The notes beneath the pieces are model-generated. The model was not told where the DNA came from, did no database searches, and worked only from the letters and a program-made list of their open reading frames with translations. From NCBI GenBank assembly GCA_963575745.1, contig CAUYUJ010000066.1, positions 62,001 to 118,798 of the forward strand: DNA of 56,798 nucleotides, in the 5' to 3' direction. Below are positions 1 through 11,612 of the stretch, piece after piece. Each line of letters begins with the position of its first letter. Positions within the stretch are counted from its first letter, which is position 1. This DNA is from Prorocentrum cordatum (Eukaryota). A program made the position numbers and the translations under genes.

Positions 1-127
1 GGTTGGCGGGGGCACGGGCTCCACGTGTTTTTTCCGATGTTCCCCGACCGCACCCCCCCCCTCTGGAAATCAAGGGTAAATTTGGGCCTTCGGGTTGGGT
101 TGGGGCGGTTTGGTGGGTGGCGCGCTC
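1..127 (-). mobile_element. Partial Introner-like intron (copy of 6332-6509), cut by the window start
   Basis: Near-identical to 6381-6509; AG|GA donor at 128/127. Confidence 0.7.
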
Positions 128-306
128 CTGTCCATCGGCACCGCGGCGCCGCTGAAGCCCAGCGCCGCCGAGCAGCGCCCCCTCTCGCCGGGCACGGGCC
201 CCGCGCCCGCGGCCGTCAGCCGCAGCGCTGCCAGCGCCGGCAGCAGCGCGAGCCTCGGCGCCCGGGCGGCACGGGCGGTCGCGACGGGCGGCGTGGCGCG
301 GGCCAT
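128..306 (-). CDS. Exon 1 (signal-peptide-like) of folate-receptor-domain gene, copy A; remainder lies beyond the window start
   Basis: MARATPPVATARAARAPRLALLPALAALRLTAAGAG...VPMD, essentially identical to 6510-6688. Confidence 0.7.
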
Positions 307-376
307 GGCCGCGCAGGGCTGGTCGGCGATCCTCGGGGCGTGCGCTGGCGCCAGCGTGCGCTTGCTCAGCAGAGCT

Positions 377-394
377 CTTGAGCCAAAGGCTACG
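377..394 (-). other. Relic dinoflagellate spliced leader (DinoSL)
   Basis: Minus strand CGTAGCCTTTGGCTCAAG vs DinoSL DCCGTAGCCATTTTGGCTCAAG; about 70 nt upstream of the ATG at 306. Confidence 0.8.
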
Positions 395-672
395 CATCAC
401 AGGAAAGACATGAAAAAGGTTCCATGATGTCGGCCTTTCTGCCTCTGCGGGCTGCAAATGGTCTCTGGGCCCCCGTGGTGGCCCCACCCCGAGAGGCCCA
501 AGAGGGCTCCAAGAGAGCCCCCCAGAGCACCAAGACAGCCTCAAGAGGTCCCATGACGACGCCAAGGTGGTCCAAGACAGACCCCACGAACCCTCCACGT
601 GGCCCCACTAAATCCCTGAGGCGCCCCTGAGAGAACCCCATAAGGTGGGGGTGGTCAGAGACATAGGAGAAC

Positions 673-3504
673 ATAAGAAGTTCAATGATTTGGGGCCTTT
701 TGCCTCCGCGGGCCCCAGGTGCCCCTAGAGAGGGCCCCAAGAGGGCTCCAAGAGAGCCCCCCAGAGCACCAAGACAGCCTCAAGAGGGCTCATGACGACT
801 CCAAGGTGGTCCAAGACAGACCCTACGAACCCTCCACGTGGCCCCACTAAATCCCTGAGGCGCCCCTGAGAGGCCCCGGATAGCCCCCAGAGTCATTCCG
901 AATTCTCCCGGTATCATATGTCCAGGATCGTATTAAAACAAAGACTTGTCTTACATGACTGTGGTGTTCCTGCCTCTGCGGGCTCCCAAGGGCCTCTTGG
1001 CCTCGTGGTCGCCCCAAGGGGGGCCGCCAAAGAGCCCTGGGAGGGCTCCGACACTCCCCATAAGGACCCCCAGGGGCCCTATCGCAGGAAGATTAGCCCC
1101 GACCTCGCCCTCTCGACCTCCTCTCCCCCTCCCCCGCCCACCACTTTCAGAGGTCTTTGTCAGTCTCTTGAGTTCGCAGGGCCCCGAGAGGCCCAGCAGC
1201 GGGGGACCAGCGGGAGCCAGGCACCAAGATTACCCCACGATGCCTCGAGATGACCCGAAGGTGGCCCAAGACAGTGTAAAGCCAGTTGGAAGACCCAACC
1301 TTGCTTGTTGTATCGTATTAACGATAATGCCAAAGATAGGAAATGGCCGCGTGAGCGGCGAGAGAACATCTCAAGAGTAAGATTGCGGGCCGATGTCAGA
1401 TAGCGGGCCGCGGGGTATAGAACCCAGGGGGGTAGCCTACCCTAGGCCCTACCCAAGGGCCTAGGGTAGCCTAGGGTAGGCCCTACCCAAGGCCCTAGGG
1501 TAGTCTACCCTAGGCCCTACCCAAGGCCCTAGGGTGGCCTAGGGTAGGCCCTACCCAAGGCCCTAGGGTAGACCTAGGGTAGGCCTTACCCAATGACCTA
1601 AGGTAGACCTAAGCATATAGAGCCCGGAGGGTAGGCCTACCCTAGGCCTACCCCTAGGCCTACCCCCTAGGCCTACCCTAGGCCTACCCCCTGCCCTACC
1701 CCCTAGGCCTGCCCTAGGCCTACCCCGTAGGCCTACCCCCTAGGTCTACCCTAGGCCTACCCCCTAGGCCTACCCCCTAGGCCTACCCTAGGCCTACCCC
1801 CTAGGCCTACCCCCTAGCCCTACCCTAGGCCTACCCCTAAGCCTACCCACCCCTAAGCCTACCCCCTAGGCCTACCCCTATAGGCCTGCCCGCCCGCCGG
1901 ATCGAGCAGACGGACCAGAACGGATCGGGTAGGATCGGGCAGGCATTAAAGTGTGGAGCATGTTCGCACTAGCACGCGTGAACCCTAACGGGCGGGTCGG
2001 GTCGGGTCGGGCGGACCCTAACGGGCGGGCCGGGTCGGGCGGGCGGGACATTAAAGTATGGTGCGTGTACACTTGACACGCGTGAACCATAAGAAGTTCA
2101 ATGATTTGGGGCCTTTTGCCTCCGCGGGCCCCAGGTGCCCCTAGAGAGGGCCCCAAGAGGGCTCCAAGAGAGCCCCCCAGAGCACCAAGACAGCCTCAAG
2201 AGGGCTCATGACGACTCCAAGGTGGTCCAAGACAGACCCTACGAACCCTCCACGTGGCCCCACTAAATCCCTGAGGCGCCCCTGAGAGGCCCCGGATAGC
2301 CCCCAGAGTCATTCCGAATTCTCCCGGTATCATATGTCCAGGATCGTATTAAAACAAAGACTTGTCTTACATGACTGTGGTGTTCCTGCCTCTGCGGGCT
2401 CCCAAGGGCCTCTTGGCCTCGTGGTCGCCCCAAGGGGGGCCGCCAAAGAGCCCTGGGAGGGCTCCGACACTCCCCATAAGGACCCCCAGGGGCCCTATCG
2501 CAGGAAGATTAGCCCCGACCTCGCCCTCTCGACCTCCTCTCCCCCTCCCCCGCCCACCACTTTCAGAGGTCTTTGTCAGTCTCTTGAGTTCGCAGGGCCC
2601 CGAGAGGCCCAGCAGCGGGGGACCAGCGGGAGCCAGGCACCAAGATTACCCCACGATGCCTCGAGATGACCCGAAGGTGGCCCAAGACAGTGTAAAGCCA
2701 GTTGGAAGACCCAACCTTGCTTGTTGTATCGTATTAACGATAATGCCAAAGATAGGAAATGGCCGCGTGAGCGGCGAGAGAACATCTCAAGAGTAAGATT
2801 GCGGGCCGATGTCAGATAGCGGGCCGCGGGGTATAGAACCCAGGGGGGTAGCCTACCCTAGGCCCTACCCAAGGGCCTAGGGTAGCCTAGGGTAGGCCCT
2901 ACCCAAGGCCCTAGGGTAGTCTACCCTAGGCCCTACCCAAGGCCCTAGGGTGGCCTAGGGTAGGCCCTACCCAAGGCCCTAGGGTAGACCTAGGGTAGGC
3001 CTTACCCAATGACCTAAGGTAGACCTAAGCATATAGAGCCCGGAGGGTAGGCCTACCCTAGGCTTACCCCTAGGCCTACCCCCTAGGCCTACCCTAGGCC
3101 TACCCCCTACCCTACCCCCTAGGCCTGCCCTAGGCCTACCCCGTAGGCCTACCCCCTAGGTCTACCCTAGGCCTACCCCCTAGGCCTACCCCCTAGGCCT
3201 ACCCTAGGCCTACCCCCTAGGCCTACCCCCTAGCCCTACCCTAGGCCTACCCCTAAGCCTACCCACCCCTAAGCCTACCCCCTAGGCCTACCCCTATAGG
3301 CCTGCCCGCCCGCCGGATCGAGCAGACGGACCAGAACGGATCGGGTAGGATCGGGCAGGCATTAAAGTGTGGAGCATGTTCGCACTAGCACGCGTGAGCC
3401 CTAACGGGCGGGTCGGGTCGGGTCGGGCGGACCCTAACGGGCGGGCCGGGTCGGGCGGGCGGGACATTAAAGTATGGTGCGTGTACACTTGACACGCGTG
3501 AACC
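673..3504. repeat. Near-perfect tandem duplication, 1416-bp unit (about 673-2088 and 2089-3504)
   Basis: Identical ORF translations offset by 1416 (918/2334, 946/2362, 1160/2576). Confidence 0.9.
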
Positions 3505-4768
3505 CTCACGGGCGGGGGTCGGGTCGGGCGGGCGACCCTATAAACGGGCGGGTCGGTGGTGCGTGGGCGGGACTTTGAAGTACGCGTGGTGCGTGGACAC
3601 TTGAACACGGTCGGGCGGGTCGTAAACCCTCACACGGGTGTCGGTCGGTCGGGTCGGGTCGGGCGGGCGGACCCTAACGGGCGGGTTCGCGGGGGCGGGT
3701 CGGGCGGAGGGCATATTAAAGGTATGGTGCGTGTACACTTGACACGCGTGAACCCTCATGGGCGGGTCGGGGTCGGGCGGGCGGACCCTAACGGGTCGGG
3801 TCGGGTCGGGCGGACCCTACGGGCGGGACATTAAAGTATGTGCACACGTGACACGGTGAACCCTAACGGGCGGGTCGGGTCGGGTCGGGCGGGCGGACCC
3901 TAACGGGCGAGTCGGGTCGGGTCGGGCGGACCCTAACGGGCGGGTCGGGTCGGGCGGGCGGGACATTAAAGTATGGTGCGTGTACACTTGACACGCGTGA
4001 ACCCTCACGGGCGGGTCGGGTCGGGTCGGGCGGGCGGACCCTAACGGGCGGGTCGGGTCGGGCGGGCCCTAACGGGCGGGTCGGGTCGGGTCGGGCGGAC
4101 CCTAACGGGCGGGTCGGGTCGGGCGGGCGGGACATTCAAGTATGGTGCGTGTGCACTTGACACGCGTGAACCCTAACGGGCGGGTAGGCCTCGGGTAGGC
4201 CTAGGGGGTAGGCCTAGGGGGTAGGCCTATGGGGTAGGCCTAGGGGGGAGGCCTAGGGTAGGCCTAGGGGGTAGGCCTAGGGGTAGGCCTAGGGTAGGCC
4301 TAGGGGGTAGGCCTAGGGGTAGGCCTAGGGTAGGCGTAGGGGGTAAGCCTAGGGGTAGGCCTAGGGTAGGCCCAGGGGGTAGGCCTAGGGGTAAGCCTAG
4401 GGTAGGCCTAGGGGGTAGGCCTAGGGGTAGGCCTAGGGTAGGCCTAGGGGGTAGGCCTAGGGGGTAGGCCTAGGGTAGGCCTAGGGGGTAGGCCTATGGG
4501 TAGGCCTAGGGTAGGCCTACCCCCCGGGTTCTATATGGGCCGCGGTGCGACCCGGTCAAATTGGCGGCTGGTCGCTTGGGCCCAAGCGGCCGCGGACGAA
4601 CGCTCGATACCTCTCGCCTTTGCCCTTCCTCCTTCAGAGTCGGGGTGGGGAGAAGACGAAGCGTGAGTCCGCTACCGGCCTTACTCAGCCAAACAGCTCT
4701 ATTCCAAAGGAAAGGCAGCAGCCAGCGGGCTCAACCTTAGCAGGTTACCCCGAAGGTGGCCCAAGACA
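1254..4768. mobile_element. Short non-LTR-type insertion flanked by a 20-bp target-site duplication, later interrupted and partly duplicated
   Basis: CCCGAAGGTGGCCCAAGACA at 1254-1273 (also 2670-2689) and 4749-4768; the paralogous empty site at about 8302-8321 has a single copy. Confidence 0.7.
2830..4537. mobile_element. Non-autonomous foldback TIR element, hAT-like (8-bp TSD)
   Basis: TSD GGCCGCGG at 2822-2829 and 4538-4545; termini GGTATAGAACCC and GGGTTCTATATG; inner terminus CATATAGAGCCCGG at 3030; inverted arms of (GGCCTACCCCTA)n and (TAGGGGTAGGCC)n; core of GGGCGGGTCGGGTC repeats. Confidence 0.75.
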
Positions 4769-5871
4769 ACCCCCAAGAAACCTCGAGGTAGCCCGAAGGC
4801 GGCCCACAGGAGGCCCGAACGAGCCCCTGAGAGGACCCCAGGAGGCCGCCTCCAGAAGCCTCCCTAAGACCCCCCAAATACACCCCGACAGCCCTGAAAA
4901 GGGCTTCTCAAATTGCCTTCTCGTACTTTTGGCCTTCGACGGCGAGACTCGGCTGGGGGCGTGATCCGCTGAGTGTTGCACTCAATCTGACAAGCGGCAG
5001 CTTCTCCCCCACGCGAGCTTCACGCAACAGATGGGGGCACCACCGCTCAACAAATCCCAATGCCCACGAGCACGCACGCAAATTGCAAGCACGACGCAAT
5101 GTGGGCCCGCGGAATGAAACAAACGAACAAACCATGTTCGGCGGTCCCCCTGCGGGCCCTCGCCGTGCAGACCCACGCGGGTTGACCAAGATATGGAAGA
5201 GTATGGATTGAGATGCATGCGTAAATGCATGCTTGGAACGGCTTCGTGCATTCTGCCGGTCCGAAGAGGCCCGATGACGGCATCCGCAGGCCAGAGCGCG
5301 GGGATTACATGAGGATTGCCGAATCGCTTGAGACGTCCTCGAGAAAGGAAAGGGGGCCGAATCACCTCGGGGGGCCAGCACGCTTTCCAGGAGCACCTGA
5401 TCGGTGCAACATCTTTTTGTTTGCTCTTTCTCTCGGGGACTGTACAGCGAGAGGGTCTTTGAGTAACTACGTCTTGCGTGTAATGCCTTCGCGGTGCCGC
5501 AAGGCCCGCGCAACGCAACAAAAACAGGCCACCAGCGCACACCATCTGTCCAGGGTCGGCTGGGCCTCAGCCGCCTGCCCGTGGGCGCAGCGGCTTGATC
5601 GCGGGAGGGCCCGCCTGATCGACCAAGCCTGCATTCAACAAAAAACAACTAATTCGAGACACCCGTCCGACCAAGCTGAGGGGGGACCGTCGAGTGCACG
5701 GGCCCGTCGCGGGCGCCGCAGCTGCTGACTTCGGCAGCCTCTGCCAAATAGGGGCGCCCTGCGCCCCCCGGGCCCCCGCACCAGGCGCGCGCGCGCAGCC
5801 CCGGCCCCGCTGCGGCTGGCCCTCCCGCGGGGCGCCGCTCGGCACCTGCGCGGTGGCAAGGGGTCCCTCGC

Positions 5872-6331
5872 TCAGGCCTTCGGCCCCCTGCCGCGAGAGC
5901 TGGCGGCCGGCACACCGTCGTAGCACGCGTCTGGCTCCCCGCCGTCCGCCACCACATACGGGCCTATGCTCTCGCAGAACCCACGGGGGTCCTCCGTGAT
6001 CTCGCCCAGCCGGCTGCAGACCAGGCTGTCCTGGCCACAGGGCGACAGCGCGGACGCCGCCCTTCCAGCCTCGTAGAAGCTCTCCCGGCAGGCGTCGAAC
6101 CAGCGCGCGCAGAAGTCGGGGCAGAGGACGACCCGATCCGACTGCGACTTGAGACCGGTGCCCACATCCCCGTCGCACGGGGAGCACATCGCGAGCCGGG
6201 TCATCCGGCCGCACCTGCCGGAGGCGCTGTGGGAGAACGGCGCGTAGCGCACGAGCGCCTCGCGGGTATGGTTGCCCTCGCAGCACGTCCTCCCGTGGTG
6301 CTCGGCGCAGAACCTCAGGCCCTGACCGCTC
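5872..6331 (-). CDS. Exon 2 of folate receptor family (Cys-rich Folate_rec-like) protein, copy B
   Basis: FCAEHHGRTCC...CSPCDGDVGTG...LCPDFCARWFDACRESFY...CSRLGEI...FCESIG...CYDG matches plant/protist folate-binding protein Cys spacing; 3' end is either the TGA at 5872 or an AAG|GC donor just before it. Confidence 0.75.
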
Positions 6332-6509
6332 CTGACCACCTACCAGACCACCCCAACCTAAGCCGAAGACCCAAGTTTCGGGTTGGCGGGGGCACGGGCT
6401 CCACGTGTTTTTTCCGATGTTCCCCGACCGCCCCCCCCCCCCCACTGGAAATCGAGGGTAAATTTGGGCCTTCGGGTTGGGTTGGGGCGGTTTGGTGGGT
6501 GGCGCGCTC
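6332..6509 (-). mobile_element. 178-bp GA-AG intron with about 44-bp imperfect TIRs and 8-bp flanking direct repeat (Introner-like)
   Basis: CAGGAGCG at both junctions; arms GCCACCCACCAAACCGCCCCAACCCAACCCGAAGGCCCAAATTT vs reverse complement GACCACCTACCAGACCACCCCAACCTAAGCCGAAGACCCAAGTTT; removal restores frame M-D-R-S-G-Q-G-L-R-F. Confidence 0.8.
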
Positions 6510-6688
6510 CTGTCCATCGGCACCGCGGCGCCGCTGAAGCCCAGCGCCGCCGAGCAGCGCCCCCTCTCGCCGGGCACGGGCCCCGCGCCCGCGGCCGTCA
6601 GCCGCAGCGCTGCCAGCGCCGGCAGCAGCGCGAGCCTCGGCGCCCGGGCGGCACGGGCGGTCGCGACGGGCGGCGTGGCGCGGGCCAT
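6510..6688 (-). CDS. Exon 1 of folate-receptor-domain gene, copy B
   Basis: ATG at 6688, hydrophobic N-terminal signal-like stretch, splices in frame to exon 2. Confidence 0.75.
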
Positions 6689-6758
6689 GGCCGCGCAGGG
6701 CTGGTCGGCGATCCTCGGGGCGTGCGCTGGCGCCAGCGTGCGCTTGCTCAGCAGAGCT

Positions 6759-6776
6759 CTTGAGCCAAAGGCTACG
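6759..6776 (-). other. Relic DinoSL spliced leader
   Basis: CGTAGCCTTTGGCTCAAG on minus strand upstream of ATG 6688. Confidence 0.8.
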
Positions 6777-7504
6777 CATCACAGGAAAGACATGAAAAAG
6801 GTTCCATGATGTCGGCCTTTCTGCCTCTGCGGGCTGCAAATGGTCTTCTGGGCCCCCGTGGTGGCCCCACCCCGAGAGGCCCAAGCGGGCTCCAAGAGAG
6901 CCCCCCAGAGCCCCAGGACAGCCTCAAGAGGTCCCATGACGACGCCAAGGTGGTCCAAGACAGACCCCACGAACCCTCCACGTGGCCCCACTAAATTCCT
7001 GAGGCACCCCTGAGAGAACCCCGTAAGGTGGTCAGAGACATAGGAGAACATGAGACGTTGCCTCCGCGGGCCCCAGGTGCCCCTAGAGAGGGCCCCAAGA
7101 GGGCTCCAAGAGAGCCCCCCAAAGCCCCAAGACAGCCTCAAGAGGTCTCATGACGACTCCAAGGTGGTCCAAGACAGACCCCACGAACCCTCAAAGTGGC
7201 CCCAATAAGTTCCTGAGGCGCCCATGAGAGGCCCTGGATAGCCCTCAGAGTCATTCAGAATTCTCCCAGTATCATCTTTCCAGAATCTTATTAAGACAAA
7301 GGCTTGTCTTATGTGACTGTGGTGCTCCTGCCTCTGCGGGCTCCCAAGGGCCTCTTGGCCTCCTGGTAGCCCCTAAGGGGGCCCCAAACGAGCCCTGGGA
7401 GGGCTCCGACACTCCCCATGAGGACCTCCAGGGAGGAGGAGGAGGAGGAGGAGGAGGAGGAGGAGGAGGAGGAGGAGGAGGAGGAGGAGGAGGAGGAGGA
7501 GGAG

Positions 7505-8200
7505 GAGGACCTGTGTAAACGCAAGGACTATCAACGATGCTGGAATTAAGCCTCCCTCCAAACTCCCTCTTTATATGACCCTACAGCGGTTCATGTTCAT
7601 TGAGGGAACTGCCTCGTTGGAAGGCAACCGTTTGAAGACCTTGAAGCATGCCAACATATTGTTCTCGGGATTTCCACGCCACGGATGAACCTAACTGCTG
7701 CGTCAGGAATCGAGCGAGGACGCCATTTTTGGGACTTCAGCACCACGAGTGAACATAACTGCTGCACCCGCATGATTCTGAATTCTTCCAAAACGCAATT
7801 TCTGGTACGTTGATCATGGGAATCCGTGAAACTCTCGCAAAATTTGAAAACGAATGTGCGCGGCGCTAACGCGAGAACCACATTTTGAAAACTACCCGCC
7901 CTCAATCCGTCAAACTCTTGCATATTTCGAAACGAATGTGCGCGGCGCTAAAGCGAGAACCACATTTTGAAAACCACCCGCCCTCAATCCGTCAAATTCT
8001 TGCAAAATTTGAAAACGAATGTGCGCGGCGCTAAGACGAGAGCCACATTTTGAAAACCGCCCGCCCTCAATATGTGAAGCTGTTGCCACTTTAAGCTTCA
8101 GAAGCGTAGATGGTGAGGAAATCTCAGGCGAAACGCCCGGACCGCCCTAAAAACTGGCCTCGGGGTGCGACAGGGAGACATTATTTATAAGGACAAGGAA
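7505..8200 (+). repeat. Dispersed repeat family of about 700 bp with internal AAACGAATGTGCGCGGCGCTAA subrepeats
   Basis: Homologous to tandem copies at about 37245-38480; flanked by (GGA)n. Confidence 0.75.
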
Positions 8201-10695
8201 TGGAGGAGGAGGAGGAGAGCACCAAGAAGGCTCAAGAGATGCCCAACAAGGGGACCAGCGGGAGCCAGGCACCAATATTACCGCACGATGCCTCGAGATG
8301 ACCCGCAGGTGGCCCAAGACAACCCCCACGAAACCTCGAGGTAGCCCGAAATTGTCCAAGGCGGCCCACAGCCTGAGATGACCCCAGGAGGCCGCCTCCA
8401 GAAGCCTCCCAAAGACCCCCCAAATACACCCCGACAGCCCTGAAAAGGGCTTCTGAAATTGCCTTCTCGTACTTTTGGCCTTCGACGGCGAGACTCGGCT
8501 GGGGGCGTGATCCGCTGAGTGTTGCACTCAATCTGACAAGCGGCAGCTTCTCCCCCACGCGAGCCTCACGCAACAGATGGGGGCACCACCGCTCAACAAA
8601 TCCCAATGCCCACGAGCACGCACGCAAATTGCAAGCACGACGCAATATGGGCCCGCGGAATGAACGAAAAAAACAACAAACCAAACTGGGCGGTCCCCCT
8701 GCGGGCCCTCGCCGTGCAGACCCACGCGGGTTGACCAAGATCTGGAAGAGTATGGATTGAGATGCACGCGTAAATGCATGCTGGGAACGGCTTCGTGCAT
8801 TCCGCCGGTCCGAAGAGGCCCGATGACGGCATCCGCAGGCCAGAGCGCGGGGATTTCACGAGGATTGCCGAATCGCTTGAGACATCCTCGAGAATCGGCT
8901 TCGGGGGAGATTCTGAATCTCACGAGTGGCCGTTTCGCCTGAGACATCCTCGAAACATCGGCGTCGGAAAGCATTCCGACTATCAACATTTTTCGCTTGA
9001 CACATCCTCGGCAAATCTACGAGGGAGCCTCAATTCGGCACGCTCCTCGTTCTCGTGCCCCATGGACCTCCAATGGGCCCTCAGGTGACCCCTCAGACGG
9101 TTCAGCGGAGCTTCGATTCAGCACACCCCTCAAGCACTGCGTGGCCCATGGGCCCCCTGAGGCTGCCAATTAGTCTCTAAGACCGCCTTCCCCCCCAATG
9201 GACGCCAAGTTGACACTGAGAACATTCGCAACGAATAGCACCGATTCTCTCGGGGATCTTCTGACCCGGGTCAATCCAGACCCGGGTCGGTCAGGCCTTG
9301 CAACATCCTGCAAAATCCTGCAAGATCATGCACCCAAATCCGGGTCAATGCGAAGGATCCTGCAACATCCTGCAGGATCCTGCACCCAAGCCCAGGTCAA
9401 TGCGACCCTGGCGCTGCAGGATCCTGCAAGATCCGGTTCTCTGGCTGGCTGACCCCCGTTTGCATTGAACCCCGTCTCGAGGCTCCCGATTCTCGTCGAA
9501 AACATACCCATCGACGGCCCCAATGATTGCAACATCTGCGTGGAATTCCCCCCTGGGGACCCGCCGTGACTACCGCTCTGCGGGCTCAATACCATGATTT
9601 CGGAGACAAGCCGCCAACAACATACATCAACACCAGTCATCACTAGTCGACATCACAACCATGCAGAACGAATTCACGTTTAGATCTTACAGCGATGCCG
9701 CGCGTCAATAACACACACACCAAACACGTGCACAACAAGGCAACAACAAGTCAACATGGAACCCATATTCAATTACTCAAATCAATGATACTCATATTCA
9801 GTACAGCGCAATTGATTAGGCAAAGCGATCGTGCACACGCAGCATACGTACGGACTGTGCTACCACGTATGACTTGCACAGGTGATCAACTCGTACACTG
9901 CAAAACCCCATATGATATGTAGCAACGCATGACACGATATGCGTAGATACTGATCATAAGGGACCTGCGCAACGACCATGCGCAATACATTGTGTGACAC
10001 ATCGAACTGTATTCTCACACGCGACAGACTCCGAAACCATTCGATGGGGATTGTCTGGCTTGGTTTCACGCACGGGGAATTTAAAATAGTCCGCTCCGCT
10101 CACAATAAGCTTATCGTGGCCGTTCCGCGAGCTGCCGCCCTCCCACGATGTGCTACTTACGCCTTTGTAGCCCGCTGTCCTCCCATGCGCAGCCGAACTG
10201 CTCTCGCGAGGTGGGAGCCGAGCGCGGCAGTCGCAGGAAGAGCACCGACATCCGGTCTTGTGACGGACGGGAACGCGGAGAGCAAGGGCCCCAACCAGAG
10301 AACCGCATGCTGCTGAAGCTGCTGCTGCTCCATTCCTCACTCGTGGCTGGAGGAGGGAGGGCAGAGGGACGAGGGGGGAGGTGGGAGAGACGAGAGAGGA
10401 GGGAGCAGAGAGTAATCGCGAAGGAGATACGAAGGACGCCTCCTCCGCCGCTGCATTCTCATGCCAGCCCTTCCTTGCTCCTCATCCTGCCCCTCCCTCC
10501 AGTGCTGTACTCTCTGGGGAGCTGAACCACCGGATCTGAAGCATCCTCCTCCTCCTCCTCCTCCTCCTCCTCCTCCTCCTCCTCGCGCTCCAGCTGACTA
10601 CCACAACTTCCCAGAGCGAGCCCGTCGTCGTCGTCGTCGTACTTCCTCGAGGCCCGATGTGTGTTCTCGCCGCGTGATTGCAATGCCCTCGGGCG

Positions 10696-10795
10696 TCAGG
10701 CCCTCTCCCCTGGGGCCAGCTCTTCCTGCCGAGCCGCTCCTCGACGGTCCCGGGGGGCCAGCGAGGGCCCCGCGGGGCCGAAGATGGTGAGAACC
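10696..10795 (-). CDS. Putative terminal exon of ARM-repeat-like host gene
   Basis: AAG|G acceptor, phase 2 compatible with previous exon; (R)VLTIFGPAGPSLAPRDRRGAARQEELAPGERA*. Confidence 0.4.
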
Positions 10796-10896
10796 CTTCG
10801 TGCTATTTTTTCCACCGCGTTGGAGGTCTGGGTTCGTCGTCGTCGTCGTCGTCCTCCTCCTCCTCCTCCTCCTCCTCCTCCTCCTCCTCCTCTGGA

Positions 10897-11070
10897 TGCT
10901 TCCCAGAAGTATCCCAGCAGATGGGGTCGGGGGATCGTGCCGAATCGCCAATGCATCGCCGACATGTCGGTGCCGTCGGCGTGGAGAACATCAGGCTACA
11001 CATCGAGCCGCATCGCCGATAAATCGGTGATGCGGCGCGACCCTCCGACCCCTATCTACTTCGACCCAAT
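10897..11070. mobile_element. MITE family A copy (degenerate)
   Basis: Palindromic AGATGGGGTCGG..GATCG..CCG ... CGGCGCGACCCTCCGACCCC; related to 36399-36615 and 49641-49868. Confidence 0.6.
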
Positions 11071-11542
11071 TTCCCGACCCAACAACTATTTGTTTCTCAA
11101 TGCGCAGGCCCAGAGGCCCCGACCCCGTATCGGGCGGTAGTGTGTCGTTCCTGATTTTGTCGCCCCGGATCCATGTTTGATGGCCCCCGATAACGGGCCC
11201 GAGAGGCCGAAATCGGGGACCCGACCCCCCCCCCCCCTGCTCGAAAACATCATCTCATCAGAGATTTGGGCTTGGGAGGCCTGGACCCTTCAGTCTTAGG
11301 CTTAGGTCGGGCATGTCCCCCTACGGGCGGATTTGGGACGAAACATATGAAAGTACCTCAACATGTACCAAAAATATACAAAAATGGTCCAGAAATCGCC
11401 CCCAGACTATTTTCTAAAAAAAACTATTTTTGGATATTCCCCCTGTAAGAGGGACAGGCCCGACTTGCTCTTAGGCCACCTTGGGCGCCCGGCCGCGCGC
11501 CCCGCCCGGCGATCCGGCGGTCCTGTGCTCACTGCGTCGGGC

Positions 11543-11612
11543 CTGGTGGCGTCGGCCGCGCGCCGCTCCAGGAGGGCGCTGGCGAGGCCCCTGCGGCAGG
11601 GGCCGCGGCCAT
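11543..11612 (-). CDS. Putative exon of ARM-repeat-like host gene
   Basis: GAG|AT...AG|GC; (D)GRGPCRRGLASALLERRAADAT(R). Confidence 0.5.

Noticed and set aside
1430..1880. CCCTAGG arrays as interstitial telomere or CRISPR array
   Set aside because: Units are not TTTAGGG-type, there are no unique spacers, and the arrays form the arms of a TIR element
5567..6688. 373-aa single ORF as the real protein
   Set aside because: Reads through the 178-bp intron and leaves the Cys-rich frame; the spliced model fits better
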